Of a stretch of 64,000 bases of DNA, positions 37,481 to 47,231 are shown piece by piece; within the stretch, counting starts at the first letter, position 1; every line of letters starts with the position of its first letter. This DNA is from a delta proteobacterium MLS_D. GTDB taxonomy: Bacteria; Desulfobacterota; Syntrophia; Syntrophales; UBA2210. The stretch is taken from assembly GCA_002030015.1 (NCBI GenBank), contig LQBH01000001.1, positions 103,900 through 167,899 on the forward strand. The letters are read 5' to 3'. The position numbers and the translations under genes were made by a program. The notes under the pieces are model-generated. The model was not told the DNA's origin. It was given only the letters and a program-made list of their open reading frames with translations, and did not search any database.

Positions 37481-37684
37481 TTACCTGGCCGGAATGATTT
37501 TCTGATCGCCGCCGCTTTCCTGTTTTTCTCCCACCGAACATCCACAGTAGGCGCAGCGATACTCGTACTTGTCTCCCTGTGGCAGTACCAGGAGCAGGTG
37601 CTTTCTCACGGGAACGGATCGCCGACATCGCGGACAATACAGTTCAGTCGCGTCAAAATCGTCGTAACTGTTCCGGTTCATCAT
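37481..37684 (-). CDS. small zinc-ribbon protein (CPxC...CxxC), function unknown
   Basis: 67 aa with YCPRCRR and CAYCGC. The start codons overlap the nadE stop (ATGATGA). Confidence 0.5.
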   Translation of the reverse strand: MMNRNSYDDFDATELYCPRCRRSVPVRKHLLLVLPQGDKYEYRCAYCGCSVGEKQESGGDQKIIPAR

Positions 37685-39744
37685 TGCGTGTCGCCGTCGG
37701 GGATTGTTTCGGCCTGTTTCAGCCATGACGCAGCTTCGGCGTCACTGGGGGCGCGGTAGTCGCCCCGGGGTGACAGTGATCCGCCGGAACCGATCTTGGG
37801 GCTGTCAGGCACGCAGCTTCGCTTGAACTGGCTCGCCGTGAAAAACCGTCTCAGGTATTCCATGAGCCAGCCCTTTATTTCTCCGATGGTGTATTCGTTG
37901 CGCCGGTCTTCCGGCACGTCAAGCCAGCATCCCTGCGTCCGGTCGCGCCAGGCGCAGTAGGCCATGAAGGCCACCTTGGCGGGGCCATAGCCGTAGCGGG
38001 TAATATAAAAATTATTAAAATCCTGAAGTTCATAAGGTCCCACGATGGCCTCCGTCATTTGAGACGGTCCCTGTTCCGCCGTTCCGGGAACCAGTTCGGG
38101 GCTGATTTCCGTATTGACGATGTCGACGAGAACCGACGCCACGTCCGTTCCGAAGCGGCCTGAAGCGGCGGCCCAGCGGAGGAGATGGACGATAAGCGTC
38201 TTCGGAATCCCGGCATTGATGTTGTAGTGGGACATGTGATCACCCACGCCGTAGGTGCTCCAGCCGAGGGCGAGTTCGCTCAGGTCGCCCGTTCCCACTA
38301 CCAGGCCGTTTCGATAATTGGCGATGCGGAACAGGTGCGACGTCCGTTCCCCGGCCTGTATGTTTTCGAAGGTAATATCGTACAATTCTTCTCCCTCGGC
38401 ATAGGGATGTTCTATATCTTTCATCATCTGAAGACAGCTCGGCCTGATATCAAGTTCGTTTCCCTCGACACCCAGTGATTGCATGAGACGCACGGCATTG
38501 GCAAGGGTCTTCTTCGAGGTGGCGAATCCCGGCATGGTGTAGGCTTTTACATGTGACCGGGGCCGGTTCAGGAGGTCCATGGTGTGAGCCGCCACGATCA
38601 GGGCGAGACTGGAATCGAGCCCTCCTGAAACACCGACGACCAGGTTCACGATGCCTGACGATTCAAGCCGTTTCGCCAGGCTGTGAGACTGAATGTTGAA
38701 TATTTCGTAGCAGCGCAGATCCCGTTTGTCCGGGTCTTCCGGTATATACGGAAACCGGGAATGCGGATGGTCCAGGAGCATCCTTTTCCGGGGCGTTTCA
38801 AGTGAAAATGAAATCTTCCGAAAGCGGGAGATTGCATCACGCCAGTACTGCCTGTTTTGGGCGAAACTGTTGGTTCGCATACGGTCCTGCGAGAGCCGGT
38901 CAAGGTCTATGTCGGCGCAAACCACCTGGGGACGGAGAGAAAATCGTTCCGACTCCGCCAGGAGCGTTCCGTTTTCATAGATGACGCCCTGCCCGTCCCA
39001 GGCCAGGTTGGTGGTTGATTCTCCGTAGCCCGCCGCCGTGTAGATGTAAGCCGCCATGCAGCGGGCCGACTGGGTTGCTACCAGGTTGTGCCGGTATTCC
39101 GACTTGCCGACGGTTATGTTCGACGCGGACAGGTTTCCCACTACGGTTGCTCCCGCCAGGGCCGCAAGGCTCGACGGTGAAACGGGAACCCAGAGGTCCT
39201 CGCAGATTTCCACGAACAGTGAAAGGCGGGGCATATTCACGGCGCGGAAAATCAGGTCCGACCCGAAGGGCACGTTTTCCTGGCCGCAGAGCGTCACTGT
39301 TTTTGAAAGCGCCCCGTCCGCCGCCGTGAACTGGCGGGCCTCGTAATACTCCCGGTAATTCGGAAGATGGGACTTGACGGCCACGCCCAGGATCGTTCCA
39401 CGATAGAGCACGGCGGCGCAGTTGAAAAGCAGATCGTCCACCTTCAGGGGGGCGCCGACGGCGAACAGCAGGTTCAGGTCGGCCGTTTCTTTCGCAATGT
39501 GTTGAAGCGCCTTCTCCGTTTCGACAAGCAGTGCTTCCTGGTGAAAAAGATCCTCGTTTGAGTAAGCCGAAAGTCCCAGCTCCGGAAAAAACGCGAGCAG
39601 GGCGCCCGCGTCGCACGCCTGCCTTGCAAGATTAATTGTTTCTTCGGCATTAAAGTCGGGGTCGGCCACCCGGATTCTCGGTATGCACAGGGCCGTTCGT
39701 ACGAAACCATGGTGGTAAAGATTGAAAAAATCGTCTTTTTTCAT
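37681..39744 (-). CDS. nadE: glutamine-dependent NAD+ synthetase (long form, C-N hydrolase + synthetase domains)
   Basis: 687 aa. N-terminal nitrilase-like domain (FPELGLSAY..EICEDLW) and the PP-loop GVSGGLDSSLAL. Confidence 0.9.
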   Translation of the reverse strand: MKKDDFFNLYHHGFVRTALCIPRIRVADPDFNAEETINLARQACDAGALLAFFPELGLSAYSNEDLFHQEALLVETEKALQHIAKETADLNLLFAVGAPLKVDDLLFNCAAVLYRGTILGVAVKSHLPNYREYYEARQFTAADGALSKTVTLCGQENVPFGSDLIFRAVNMPRLSLFVEICEDLWVPVSPSSLAALAGATVVGNLSASNITVGKSEYRHNLVATQSARCMAAYIYTAAGYGESTTNLAWDGQGVIYENGTLLAESERFSLRPQVVCADIDLDRLSQDRMRTNSFAQNRQYWRDAISRFRKISFSLETPRKRMLLDHPHSRFPYIPEDPDKRDLRCYEIFNIQSHSLAKRLESSGIVNLVVGVSGGLDSSLALIVAAHTMDLLNRPRSHVKAYTMPGFATSKKTLANAVRLMQSLGVEGNELDIRPSCLQMMKDIEHPYAEGEELYDITFENIQAGERTSHLFRIANYRNGLVVGTGDLSELALGWSTYGVGDHMSHYNINAGIPKTLIVHLLRWAAASGRFGTDVASVLVDIVNTEISPELVPGTAEQGPSQMTEAIVGPYELQDFNNFYITRYGYGPAKVAFMAYCAWRDRTQGCWLDVPEDRRNEYTIGEIKGWLMEYLRRFFTASQFKRSCVPDSPKIGSGGSLSPRGDYRAPSDAEAASWLKQAETIPDGDTQ

Positions 39745-39781
39745 GATGCACCTTTCAGCCCGTCGCCCCGGCTTTTTACGA

Positions 39782-40795
39782 TTAAAGATCTCCGGCGGCC
39801 CGGGGTTTCTTCAGTGCCGCGATGAGCGCCGGAACTATTTCCCGGTAATCCCCCACCAGTCCCAGGTCGCAGTGATCAAAAATGGCGGCCCGGGGATCCT
39901 GGTTGACGGCCACTTTCAACTCGGTCCCCTTGACGCCGACCAGGTGGTGCAGGTGGCCGGAAACTCCGACGCCGATGTACAGCCGGGGATGAACGGTGCG
40001 GCCGCTCTGTCCCACCATGAGGTCCGCGGTTACCCACCCTTCGTCCACGGGGGGACGGGTGGCGCCGGCGACACCGCCGAGCAGCGAGGCAAGTTCTTTC
40101 ACCAGGGGCCAGTTCTCCCGCGCTCCGATGCCGTAGCCGCCCACGACAACGACCCGGGCGTTTTCGAGATCGCCCGGTTTTCTTTCTTCCGGGGTTTTTT
40201 CAACGATTCGGTAGAATCCCCGGTCGGAGTCCAGTGTTCCGTCGACAGTCAGGATTTTTGCTTTGGGGAAGACGTTCCGCGGCACATCGAAGATTCCCGG
40301 GGAGACCGTCGCCATCTGGGGACGACGCCGCGGGCAGACGATCCGCCCGAGAAAGTCACCGCCCGGCCAGGGGATGACGGCCGTCAGTTCTCCCCTGTCG
40401 CTCAGTTCGAGATCAACGCAGTGCCCTGAAAGACCCGTCCTCAGCCGGGCCGCAAGGCGCGCGGCAAGGTCGACGCCCATGGACGTTGCTCCGAAGAGAA
40501 CGACATCAGGTTTGTGTTTCCGGACCGCACGTTCCACGACGGCGAGATAGTTACCGCCTCGGTAGTCTTCCAGGGCGGGATCGTCGGCAACAAGAATCTC
40601 GTCCGCGCCGCGGTTGTCGAGGAGTGCCGCCGTGCCGGTCACATTGTGGCCGATTAACAGGGCGCCCACCTTCCATCCCGGCGCCGCGGCAAGCAGACGG
40701 GTCTTTGCAAGGAGTTCAAAAACCACGTCGACAGGTTGCCCCGATCGTTGCTCCGCGAATACCCAGATCCTGCTTTCCGGTTTTCGATTATCCAT
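39782..40795 (-). CDS. etfA: electron transfer flavoprotein alpha subunit
   Basis: Start at the ATG at 40795, an 8-nt overlap with etfB. C-terminal FAD block LYIGVGVSGHLHHLVGVKGTELKVAVNQDPRAAIF. Confidence 0.85.
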   Translation of the reverse strand: MDNRKPESRIWVFAEQRSGQPVDVVFELLAKTRLLAAAPGWKVGALLIGHNVTGTAALLDNRGADEILVADDPALEDYRGGNYLAVVERAVRKHKPDVVLFGATSMGVDLAARLAARLRTGLSGHCVDLELSDRGELTAVIPWPGGDFLGRIVCPRRRPQMATVSPGIFDVPRNVFPKAKILTVDGTLDSDRGFYRIVEKTPEERKPGDLENARVVVVGGYGIGARENWPLVKELASLLGGVAGATRPPVDEGWVTADLMVGQSGRTVHPRLYIGVGVSGHLHHLVGVKGTELKVAVNQDPRAAIFDHCDLGLVGDYREIVPALIAALKKPRAAGDL

Positions 40796-41588
40796 TGCGG
40801 AATCCCATGCGCCGCAACCGATCGGCGAGTACTTCCGCCTGTTCGGCGGGAGTCCCTGAAAGCATTTCGGCGCGGTTTTTTCGTTCCGGTTCGAAGAGTT
40901 CGAGAACCCTGGTGGGAGACCCTTCGAGGCCGATCCACGGTTCTTCCAGCGGCAAATCGTCGGCCGACAGGACAACGACTTCCTTACTCTCCGAATCCAG
41001 TACATCCATCAGCGTCACGTAGCGGGGTTCGTTGATATCCACCGTAACCGCGACAACCATGGGGAATTGCCCCTCGGCTGTAAAGGCGCCCTCCTCGGTT
41101 CGTGATCGAAGGCGAAGACCGTCGCCGGGCGACACCCGGCAGTCATCCACGTGCATGATGTTCGGCACGTCGAGAAATTCGGCGATCTGGGCGCTTACCT
41201 GGAAGGTGCCGCTGTCCGTTGTTTCGTCGCCGCACATCACAAGATCGAAGGCCCCGAGATGCCTGACGGCCGACGCTATGACGCAGGCCGTCGCGAGGGT
41301 GTCTCCGCCGGCGAAACGCCGATCGGAAAGAAGCACCAGGCGGTCGGCGCCGCGGGCCAGCGATTCCTTCAGCACGGGCAGTGCATCGCCGGGAGCCATA
41401 CTGACCGCGGTGACACGCCCGCCATGACGTTCCCTGATCTGCACGGCAGCCTCGAGCGCGTGCCGGTCGAGGGGGTTGATCACGAAGGGTATGTCACGAC
41501 GAATCATGGTCCCGGTCTCCCCGTCGATGGTCATTTTGTCCGCCTGCTTCGGGTCCGGAACGGGCTTTATGCACACGATCAGTTCCAT
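40788..41588 (-). CDS. etfB: electron transfer flavoprotein beta subunit
   Basis: MELIVCIKPVPD N-terminus and the DLVMCGDETTD block. Confidence 0.85.
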   Translation of the reverse strand: MELIVCIKPVPDPKQADKMTIDGETGTMIRRDIPFVINPLDRHALEAAVQIRERHGGRVTAVSMAPGDALPVLKESLARGADRLVLLSDRRFAGGDTLATACVIASAVRHLGAFDLVMCGDETTDSGTFQVSAQIAEFLDVPNIMHVDDCRVSPGDGLRLRSRTEEGAFTAEGQFPMVVAVTVDINEPRYVTLMDVLDSESKEVVVLSADDLPLEEPWIGLEGSPTRVLELFEPERKNRAEMLSGTPAEQAEVLADRLRRMGFRNG

Positions 41589-41610
41589 ACGGACGGTTCG
41601 CCGTTTCGTT

Positions 41611-42744
41611 TCAGGACATGGCCTGACGGGAAAGGACGACCTTTGCTATCTCTGCCGTTCCTCCCGCAGGAACCGTCACCAGGGCGTCGCGCAACAACCG
41701 CTGCACGGGATATTCTTTCAGAATGCCGTAGCTGCCGTGAATCTCGACGGCTTTCCGGGCGGACCTGGCGGCCGCCTCGCAGATCCACTGTTTTGCCAGC
41801 GTCGCTTCGGCGTCGGCGGGCAGTTCGTTGTCGAGCAGCCACCCCGCCCGGTACGCCAGAAGGCGGGCGATTTCCAGGTCAGAATAAATATCCGCGAGGT
41901 AAAACTGTATGGCCTGGAGTCTGGAAATCGGTTTTCCGTAAAGAACCCGCTCGTTTGCGAATTTCACCGCTTCTTCCAGAACTGCGTTGAGAATGCCCAG
42001 TCCCACGCTCGCCATGCCGGTACGACCGCACTTGACAATGGTTTCAAGGGCGACGCTCATGCCGTTGCCTTCACCGCCGAGAAGATTCTCCTTCGGAACG
42101 CGGCAGTCCTGCAGCACCAGCTCACCCGTATTGGCGCCCCGGAGTCCCAGCTTGTCTTCCACGTGTCCCGTCCCGGCGCCGGGGAAATCCTTTTCGACGA
42201 TGAAAGCCGACATGCCCTTGCGTCCCTCTCCGGTCATCGCCGCAACAACCCAGATGTCGGATACGTGGGCGTTGGTGATAAAGCATTTCCTGCCGTTGAG
42301 AACATAGTCGTTTCCATCGAGGCGGGCGGTTGTCTGCGTTCCGCCGACGTCCGAGCCTCCGCCGGGTTCCGTTACGGCAAACACGCCCAGTGTTTTCCCG
42401 TCAGCCAGCGCCGGAAGATATTTCTTTTTCTGTTCTTCCGTGCCCCAGGTATTGATTCCATAGATGCACATGTGGTGTACTTCGAGTGACATGGGTATAG
42501 CCGGACAAATCCTGCCGAGCTGTTCAAGTACGAGAACGCGGGCGAGGTGCCCCAATCCGGAACCACCGTATTCACGGGGCGTGACCACGCCCAGGATGCC
42601 CATCTTCGCCAGTCCATCGAGAAGATCCAGCGGGAATTCACCCGTTTCCTCCATGCGATCCATGCGCGGCGGCAGTTCCTTTTCGGCGAATTCACGGATC
42701 GATTTTTGAAGCATCCGGTCGCGCTCGCTCAGTGTGAAATCCAT
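41611..42744 (-). CDS. acyl-CoA dehydrogenase
   Basis: 377 aa, TAAGGAGGAAG SD. Motifs FAVTEPGGGSD, a central beta domain, and a C-terminal EIHGSYGILKEYPVQRLLRDA..GGTAEI. Confidence 0.9.
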   Translation of the reverse strand: MDFTLSERDRMLQKSIREFAEKELPPRMDRMEETGEFPLDLLDGLAKMGILGVVTPREYGGSGLGHLARVLVLEQLGRICPAIPMSLEVHHMCIYGINTWGTEEQKKKYLPALADGKTLGVFAVTEPGGGSDVGGTQTTARLDGNDYVLNGRKCFITNAHVSDIWVVAAMTGEGRKGMSAFIVEKDFPGAGTGHVEDKLGLRGANTGELVLQDCRVPKENLLGGEGNGMSVALETIVKCGRTGMASVGLGILNAVLEEAVKFANERVLYGKPISRLQAIQFYLADIYSDLEIARLLAYRAGWLLDNELPADAEATLAKQWICEAAARSARKAVEIHGSYGILKEYPVQRLLRDALVTVPAGGTAEIAKVVLSRQAMS

Positions 42745-43119
42745 AAGTCTTCCTCCTTAATTCAGGATGTTGTATTGTAGTGAAGCCGTCGTCCGGTCGG
42801 AGGGCGCCTTGTGTCGACCCGGTTCCGGGAGGATAAAGAAGAATGCCGCCCGTTTTATCGCGGCGATTACCAGCAAGACGCCCGGACCGTATAGTGCCGG
42901 AATTCTGCGGGATTGCAGATACGGCCTATGATCACTATGAATACTGGACTCTGGTATCTTTGTCAATACGGATAATCAGCCGCCGGGTCTGTGAATGGCG
43001 GGATCCTGGGGTGTGCTTAAGCGCCGACGCCCGCATTCAGGGCGGGGGAATGCCGCCTGCGGCTGACGAAAGAAAAGAGTGGAGATATAAAAAAAGGGAG
43101 TCGTCAACTATGCGCCCGG

Positions 43120-43638
43120 TCAGCGCGATATCCACGCCTCCATGTGGGGGACTTCCGTGGCTGTCCAGGTTTCAGAATCCCTCAGCCGGTTGAAGAGCGA
43201 GAAGAGACGTCCCATAGTATCCGCGGCCTTTTCCATGCAGCCGATCCTGTCGAGAACACGGGCTTCCTTGTCGGCTTCGTCGTCGCTCTCATCCGGATTT
43301 ACGGGAAGTGTCATGGACTGAAAGAAAAAACCGTCCGCCTTGAAGGTGAATTCCCACTCGCTGCTTCCCACGCCGATCTTGATGCGGGCCTCCCTGACCT
43401 TCTTCCCCGTGCGCAGGGCCGCCTTGCCTTCGGACAGGTCGGCATGAAGTCCGCTGCAAACGACTGTTTCTGAATATTCACCTTCACCCGACTCCAGGAC
43501 AATCCTTCGAACAAACATAATTTCCACATCGCCGAGACCTGGTATCATGACGGTCCCGTTTCTCTCTTCGCTTTTGAACCAGAGCCAGGTCAGAAATTCT
43601 CTGGCTGGAGAGATGATATTTTTTTCTTTGGTTTCCAT
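43120..43638 (-). CDS. rdgC: RdgC-like recombination-associated protein, C-terminal half (separate ORF)
   Basis: 172 aa from the ATG at 43638 (AAGGA 9 nt upstream). Colinear with the second half of E. coli RdgC as I recall it (EFLTWLW.., ..KVREARIKIG..EWEFTFKADGFFFQSMTLP, acidic DESDDEAD, C-terminal helix). Confidence 0.6.
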   Translation of the reverse strand: METKEKNIISPAREFLTWLWFKSEERNGTVMIPGLGDVEIMFVRRIVLESGEGEYSETVVCSGLHADLSEGKAALRTGKKVREARIKIGVGSSEWEFTFKADGFFFQSMTLPVNPDESDDEADKEARVLDRIGCMEKAADTMGRLFSLFNRLRDSETWTATEVPHMEAWISR

Positions 43639-43655
43639 TGGAAAAAGTCCTTGTT

Positions 43656-44240
43656 TCAGCCCCGGGGCGATTGTTCCGGCTGTGCCGTGGTCATCGCCGG
43701 GTCGGGATTCCAGGGAGTAAACGGTACAAGTTGAAGTGAAAAAGTCGCCTTGAATTGTTTTTCGAAATCTTCCGCCGCCTTTTCCGAGAGCGAGCCGAAA
43801 AGCACCCATTCCTGGAATGGCGCCCAGCAGACTTCATACCAGGAAGGAACGGGAGGCGTGGTTTTCAAAAGGGCCCGGCGGACGTCCTCCCGCAGATCCT
43901 GGCGCTGTTCGCGAAAGAGCTTCTTGAGGCCCTTCTCCCGCAGGTAGTTTTGCTCCGCTTCCAGGGTTCTCACGCGGAGGAGGGAAGGCGGCAGGATTAT
44001 TCGGTCCATTCGCAGGGCGAACAGAAGAAATTCGCCGAACCGGTAATTGGCGTATTCAAAATTATTATCGAGGATGTTCTCGATACTCGTCCAGCCCAGG
44101 TTTTTTTCCGCAGGTTCCGCCGTCATTTCACGAAAGGCATGAAGCTTGATCCGGTCGTCGAAGAAGTTGTTGAAGTCCGGCGGCAGATCGCCCGCCACCC
44201 GGTAACGTCGGAACGTAGCACTTCCTTTTAAAAATCCCAT
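43656..44240 (-). CDS. rdgC: RdgC-like recombination-associated protein, N-terminal half (separate ORF)
   Basis: 194 aa from the ATG at 44240 (AAGGAG SD). MGFLKGSATFRRYRV.., LGWTS.., RMDRIILPPSLLRVRTLEAEQNYLREKGLKKL..REDVRRALL parallel the RdgC N-terminal ~170 aa. It stops 17 nt before the next ORF, which is in another frame. Confidence 0.6.
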   Translation of the reverse strand: MGFLKGSATFRRYRVAGDLPPDFNNFFDDRIKLHAFREMTAEPAEKNLGWTSIENILDNNFEYANYRFGEFLLFALRMDRIILPPSLLRVRTLEAEQNYLREKGLKKLFREQRQDLREDVRRALLKTTPPVPSWYEVCWAPFQEWVLFGSLSEKAAEDFEKQFKATFSLQLVPFTPWNPDPAMTTAQPEQSPRG

Positions 44241-44564
44241 GAAACGAAGCTCCTTCAGATACTGTCGAGTCGACACGATGAAACAGACGGGAAGTAGGTG
44301 AACCGCGCGCCGACATAGAGGAGGGAACCTATCCCAGGGTCCCGTGCCATGTCAAGCGAATTGCCGTTGAGAAAAATTTTTTCGAAGAAAAGAAAGCCCG
44401 TTTCATAATGACCGATCACGGGATATCCGCGGGAATTGCGAATAGACACCCCCGTTCTTTTATGATAGAAATCATCGGAATCAAAGCCGATCGGCGGGTC
44501 TTCACCGCGTGACAGCGGTGACCCGGCGACGGCATCCATCACGTGAAAGGATTTGTCCTTCGGC

Positions 44565-45413
44565 ATGAATATACAACGGGTGGGTATACTCGCCAATGCG
44601 GGAAAGGAAACCGCGGCGCGTGATTCGCTCAAGCTGGGTGAATGGCTCGAGGAGCGCGGCATATCGGTTGTTTATGAAGAAGAAATAGCCCGGCACGTCG
44701 AGGGTGTGCGGGGAGTGTCCCATGAGGAACTGCCCCGTCTTTCGGACATGATCGTCGTGTTCGGCGGCGATGGCACCCTGCTCAAGGCGGCGCGGATCGT
44801 CAAAGGTCACGATGTCCCCATACTCGGCGTCAACCTGGGCGCCTTCGGGTTCATGACGGTCGTGAATCTTCACGAAATGTTCGATACGATGGAGCTGATT
44901 CTCGGAGGGTACTCGCGTACGTCGAAGCGTATGATGCTTGATGCGTCCATCGACGGAAAATGTCTGTCCGCTCTCAATGACGTGGTGATCAACCGGGGCA
45001 ACCTTTCGAGGATCGTGAACCTGGAAACCTTCGTGGACGACAGGTATCTTGCCACCTTCAAGGCCGACGGGCTTATCATATCGACGCCCACCGGTTCGAC
45101 GGCATATTCGCTTTCCACGGGCGGTCCCATCGTTTTCCCTGAACTTGATTCCATGATCATCACCCCCATTTGTCCCCACACGCTGACCAACCGGCCCGTC
45201 GTCGTGCCGCCCGATTGCGTCGTCAAGGTGGTCCTGACGACCAGGGAAGAGGGCGCGACGGTAACCGTGGACGGCCAGGATTCGCTCGTCATGACCTCGG
45301 GCGACGCGGCGAGTATTTCAAAATCGGACGATGGAGTCCGCCTGTTCACCTCACCGGAACGGGACTACATGGAGGTTTTGCGCGGCAAACTCGGATGGGG
45401 CGGAAGCCCGTAA
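44565..45413 (+). CDS. nadK: NAD kinase
   Basis: ATG at 44565 after GAAAGGA. Motifs VVFGGDGTLL, NLGAFGF, DGLIISTPTGSTAYSLS. Confidence 0.9.
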   Translation: MNIQRVGILANAGKETAARDSLKLGEWLEERGISVVYEEEIARHVEGVRGVSHEELPRLSDMIVVFGGDGTLLKAARIVKGHDVPILGVNLGAFGFMTVVNLHEMFDTMELILGGYSRTSKRMMLDASIDGKCLSALNDVVINRGNLSRIVNLETFVDDRYLATFKADGLIISTPTGSTAYSLSTGGPIVFPELDSMIITPICPHTLTNRPVVVPPDCVVKVVLTTREEGATVTVDGQDSLVMTSGDAASISKSDDGVRLFTSPERDYMEVLRGKLGWGGSP

Positions 45414-45418
45414 ACGCG

Positions 45419-47119
45419 ATGCTGAATGAACTCTACATCGAAAATTTTGCCATAATCGACTCCCTGCGGATTTCTTTTTCTCCCGGCATGAATATTCTGT
45501 CGGGCGAAACCGGGGCGGGAAAATCGATTATCGTCGGCGCCGTCAGTGTTCTTCTGGGTGACAGGGTGTCGAACGATCTGATCCGTTCCTCGGCCGAGTC
45601 CGCCGTGGTGGAGGCGAGGTTCGATATAGCGGGAAACGTCACGGCGCGTAAGAAGCTCGAAGAACTGGACCTCTGCGAGGGGGACGAGCTGTTGCTGGCG
45701 AGAACCATCAGCAGGACCGGCCGAAACCGGATATATGTGAACGGCAGGCTCGCAACGGCGGGGATGCTGTCATCCATCAGCGAGTCGCTGGTCAATATCT
45801 GCGGTCAGCATGAACACCAGGTCCTGATGCAGAAAGAAAACCATATCGATGTTCTCGACGAGTTCGCGGGAGTCCTGAAGGAACGGGAGGATTACGACCG
45901 GCGTTACCAGGAATACCGTGAAATAACAAGGAAGCATGAGGAGCTGAAAGCGGCGGGAAGGGAACGCCGCGAGCGCAGGGAACTGCTCGGGTTTCAGCTT
46001 GACGAAATTGAAAAGAGCGGCGTCAGAGCAGGTGAGGATGAGGAGCTTGCCGAGGAAAAGCGGATGCTTGCAAACGCTCAGAAACTGAGGGAATGCGCCG
46101 GAGAGTCGTACGACATTCTGTACGGCGGTGAAGGCTCACTTCTGGAACGACTCGGCCGGGTCAGGACGTTGATCGATGAAATCAGAGGTCTCGATCAATC
46201 GTTCCCCGTCGCGGAAACCGCCGCCGATTCTCTTTATTTCGGCCTGGAAGACGTGGCGCTTACGTTGCGTGATTACCTGGGAAACATCGTTCACGACCCC
46301 GCCCGCCTCGAGGAGATCGACAACCGCCTTGAATTTCTGGGTATGTTGAAACGAAAATACGGAGGATCACTTAAGGCGGTTCTGGAGCGACAGGAAACGG
46401 TCTCGCGGGAACTGGAAGAATTGGAGCATGTCGAAGAAAACCTCGAAGGTATGGAACATGCCGTCGAGGAGAAGAGAAACGAGCTGGAAAAACTGGCGGC
46501 CGATCTTTCGGCCCGGCGCAGGGACGCGGCCCGGGCACTGGAAAAGGCCGTAAACAACGAAATGGCGGATCTTCGCATGGCGAACACGAACTTCGCTGTT
46601 TCCTTTGAAGATCGCCAGGCTGAGAACGACAGTGAAGCGCCCGCCCTTCATCAGAAGGGATGTGACGAGGTGGAATTTTATTTTTCCGCCAATCCCGGTG
46701 AGACTCTGAAACCACTGAACCGCGTAGCCTCGGGAGGCGAGTTGTCGCGACTTGTCCTTGCCCTTAAAAAAGTGCTTGTTCACGGTTCATCGGCGGAAAC
46801 GGTCATTTTTGATGAAGTTGACACCGGCATCGGCGGCGCGGCGGCGCAAGTGGTGGGTTCCAAGCTCAGAGACATATCTCGTCGCCACCAGGTTGTCTGC
46901 ATCACGCACCTGCCCCAGATCGCGAGCTTCGGGACGATTCATTTCCTGGTGACGAAAGGCGTGAATGACGACAGGACCAGCGCGGGCGTGCGAAAACTCG
47001 ACGACGATGATCGAATAGAAGAAATCGCCCGCATGCTCGGCGGCGTCAAGCTTACGGAAAAAACGCGGGAACACGCGCGTGAAATGCTTCGGTTATCCCA
47101 GGACGTCCCGGCCGGGTAA
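45419..47119 (+). CDS. recN: DNA repair protein RecN
   Basis: 566 aa from the ATG at 45419 (MLNELYIENFAIIDSL). Walker A SGETGAGKS, a long coiled coil, and C-terminal SGGELSRLVLALK plus VIFDEVDTG. Confidence 0.9.
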   Translation: MLNELYIENFAIIDSLRISFSPGMNILSGETGAGKSIIVGAVSVLLGDRVSNDLIRSSAESAVVEARFDIAGNVTARKKLEELDLCEGDELLLARTISRTGRNRIYVNGRLATAGMLSSISESLVNICGQHEHQVLMQKENHIDVLDEFAGVLKEREDYDRRYQEYREITRKHEELKAAGRERRERRELLGFQLDEIEKSGVRAGEDEELAEEKRMLANAQKLRECAGESYDILYGGEGSLLERLGRVRTLIDEIRGLDQSFPVAETAADSLYFGLEDVALTLRDYLGNIVHDPARLEEIDNRLEFLGMLKRKYGGSLKAVLERQETVSRELEELEHVEENLEGMEHAVEEKRNELEKLAADLSARRRDAARALEKAVNNEMADLRMANTNFAVSFEDRQAENDSEAPALHQKGCDEVEFYFSANPGETLKPLNRVASGGELSRLVLALKKVLVHGSSAETVIFDEVDTGIGGAAAQVVGSKLRDISRRHQVVCITHLPQIASFGTIHFLVTKGVNDDRTSAGVRKLDDDDRIEEIARMLGGVKLTEKTREHAREMLRLSQDVPAG

Positions 47120-47138
47120 GGCCGGAGGTTCTTTTTTT
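47108..47138 (+). terminator. Rho-independent terminator of recN
   Basis: CCGGCC-GGGTAA-GGCCGG (the stop codon sits in the loop), followed within 5 nt by T7. Confidence 0.5.
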
Positions 47139-47231
47139 GTTGAAAAGAAATGAGTCGGGGTCTCGAGGGCGCGGGGCCGGTGTGCCCGCTTCTTCCGGAC
47201 AGGCAATTATTATAACAGAAGGATTCGGCCC

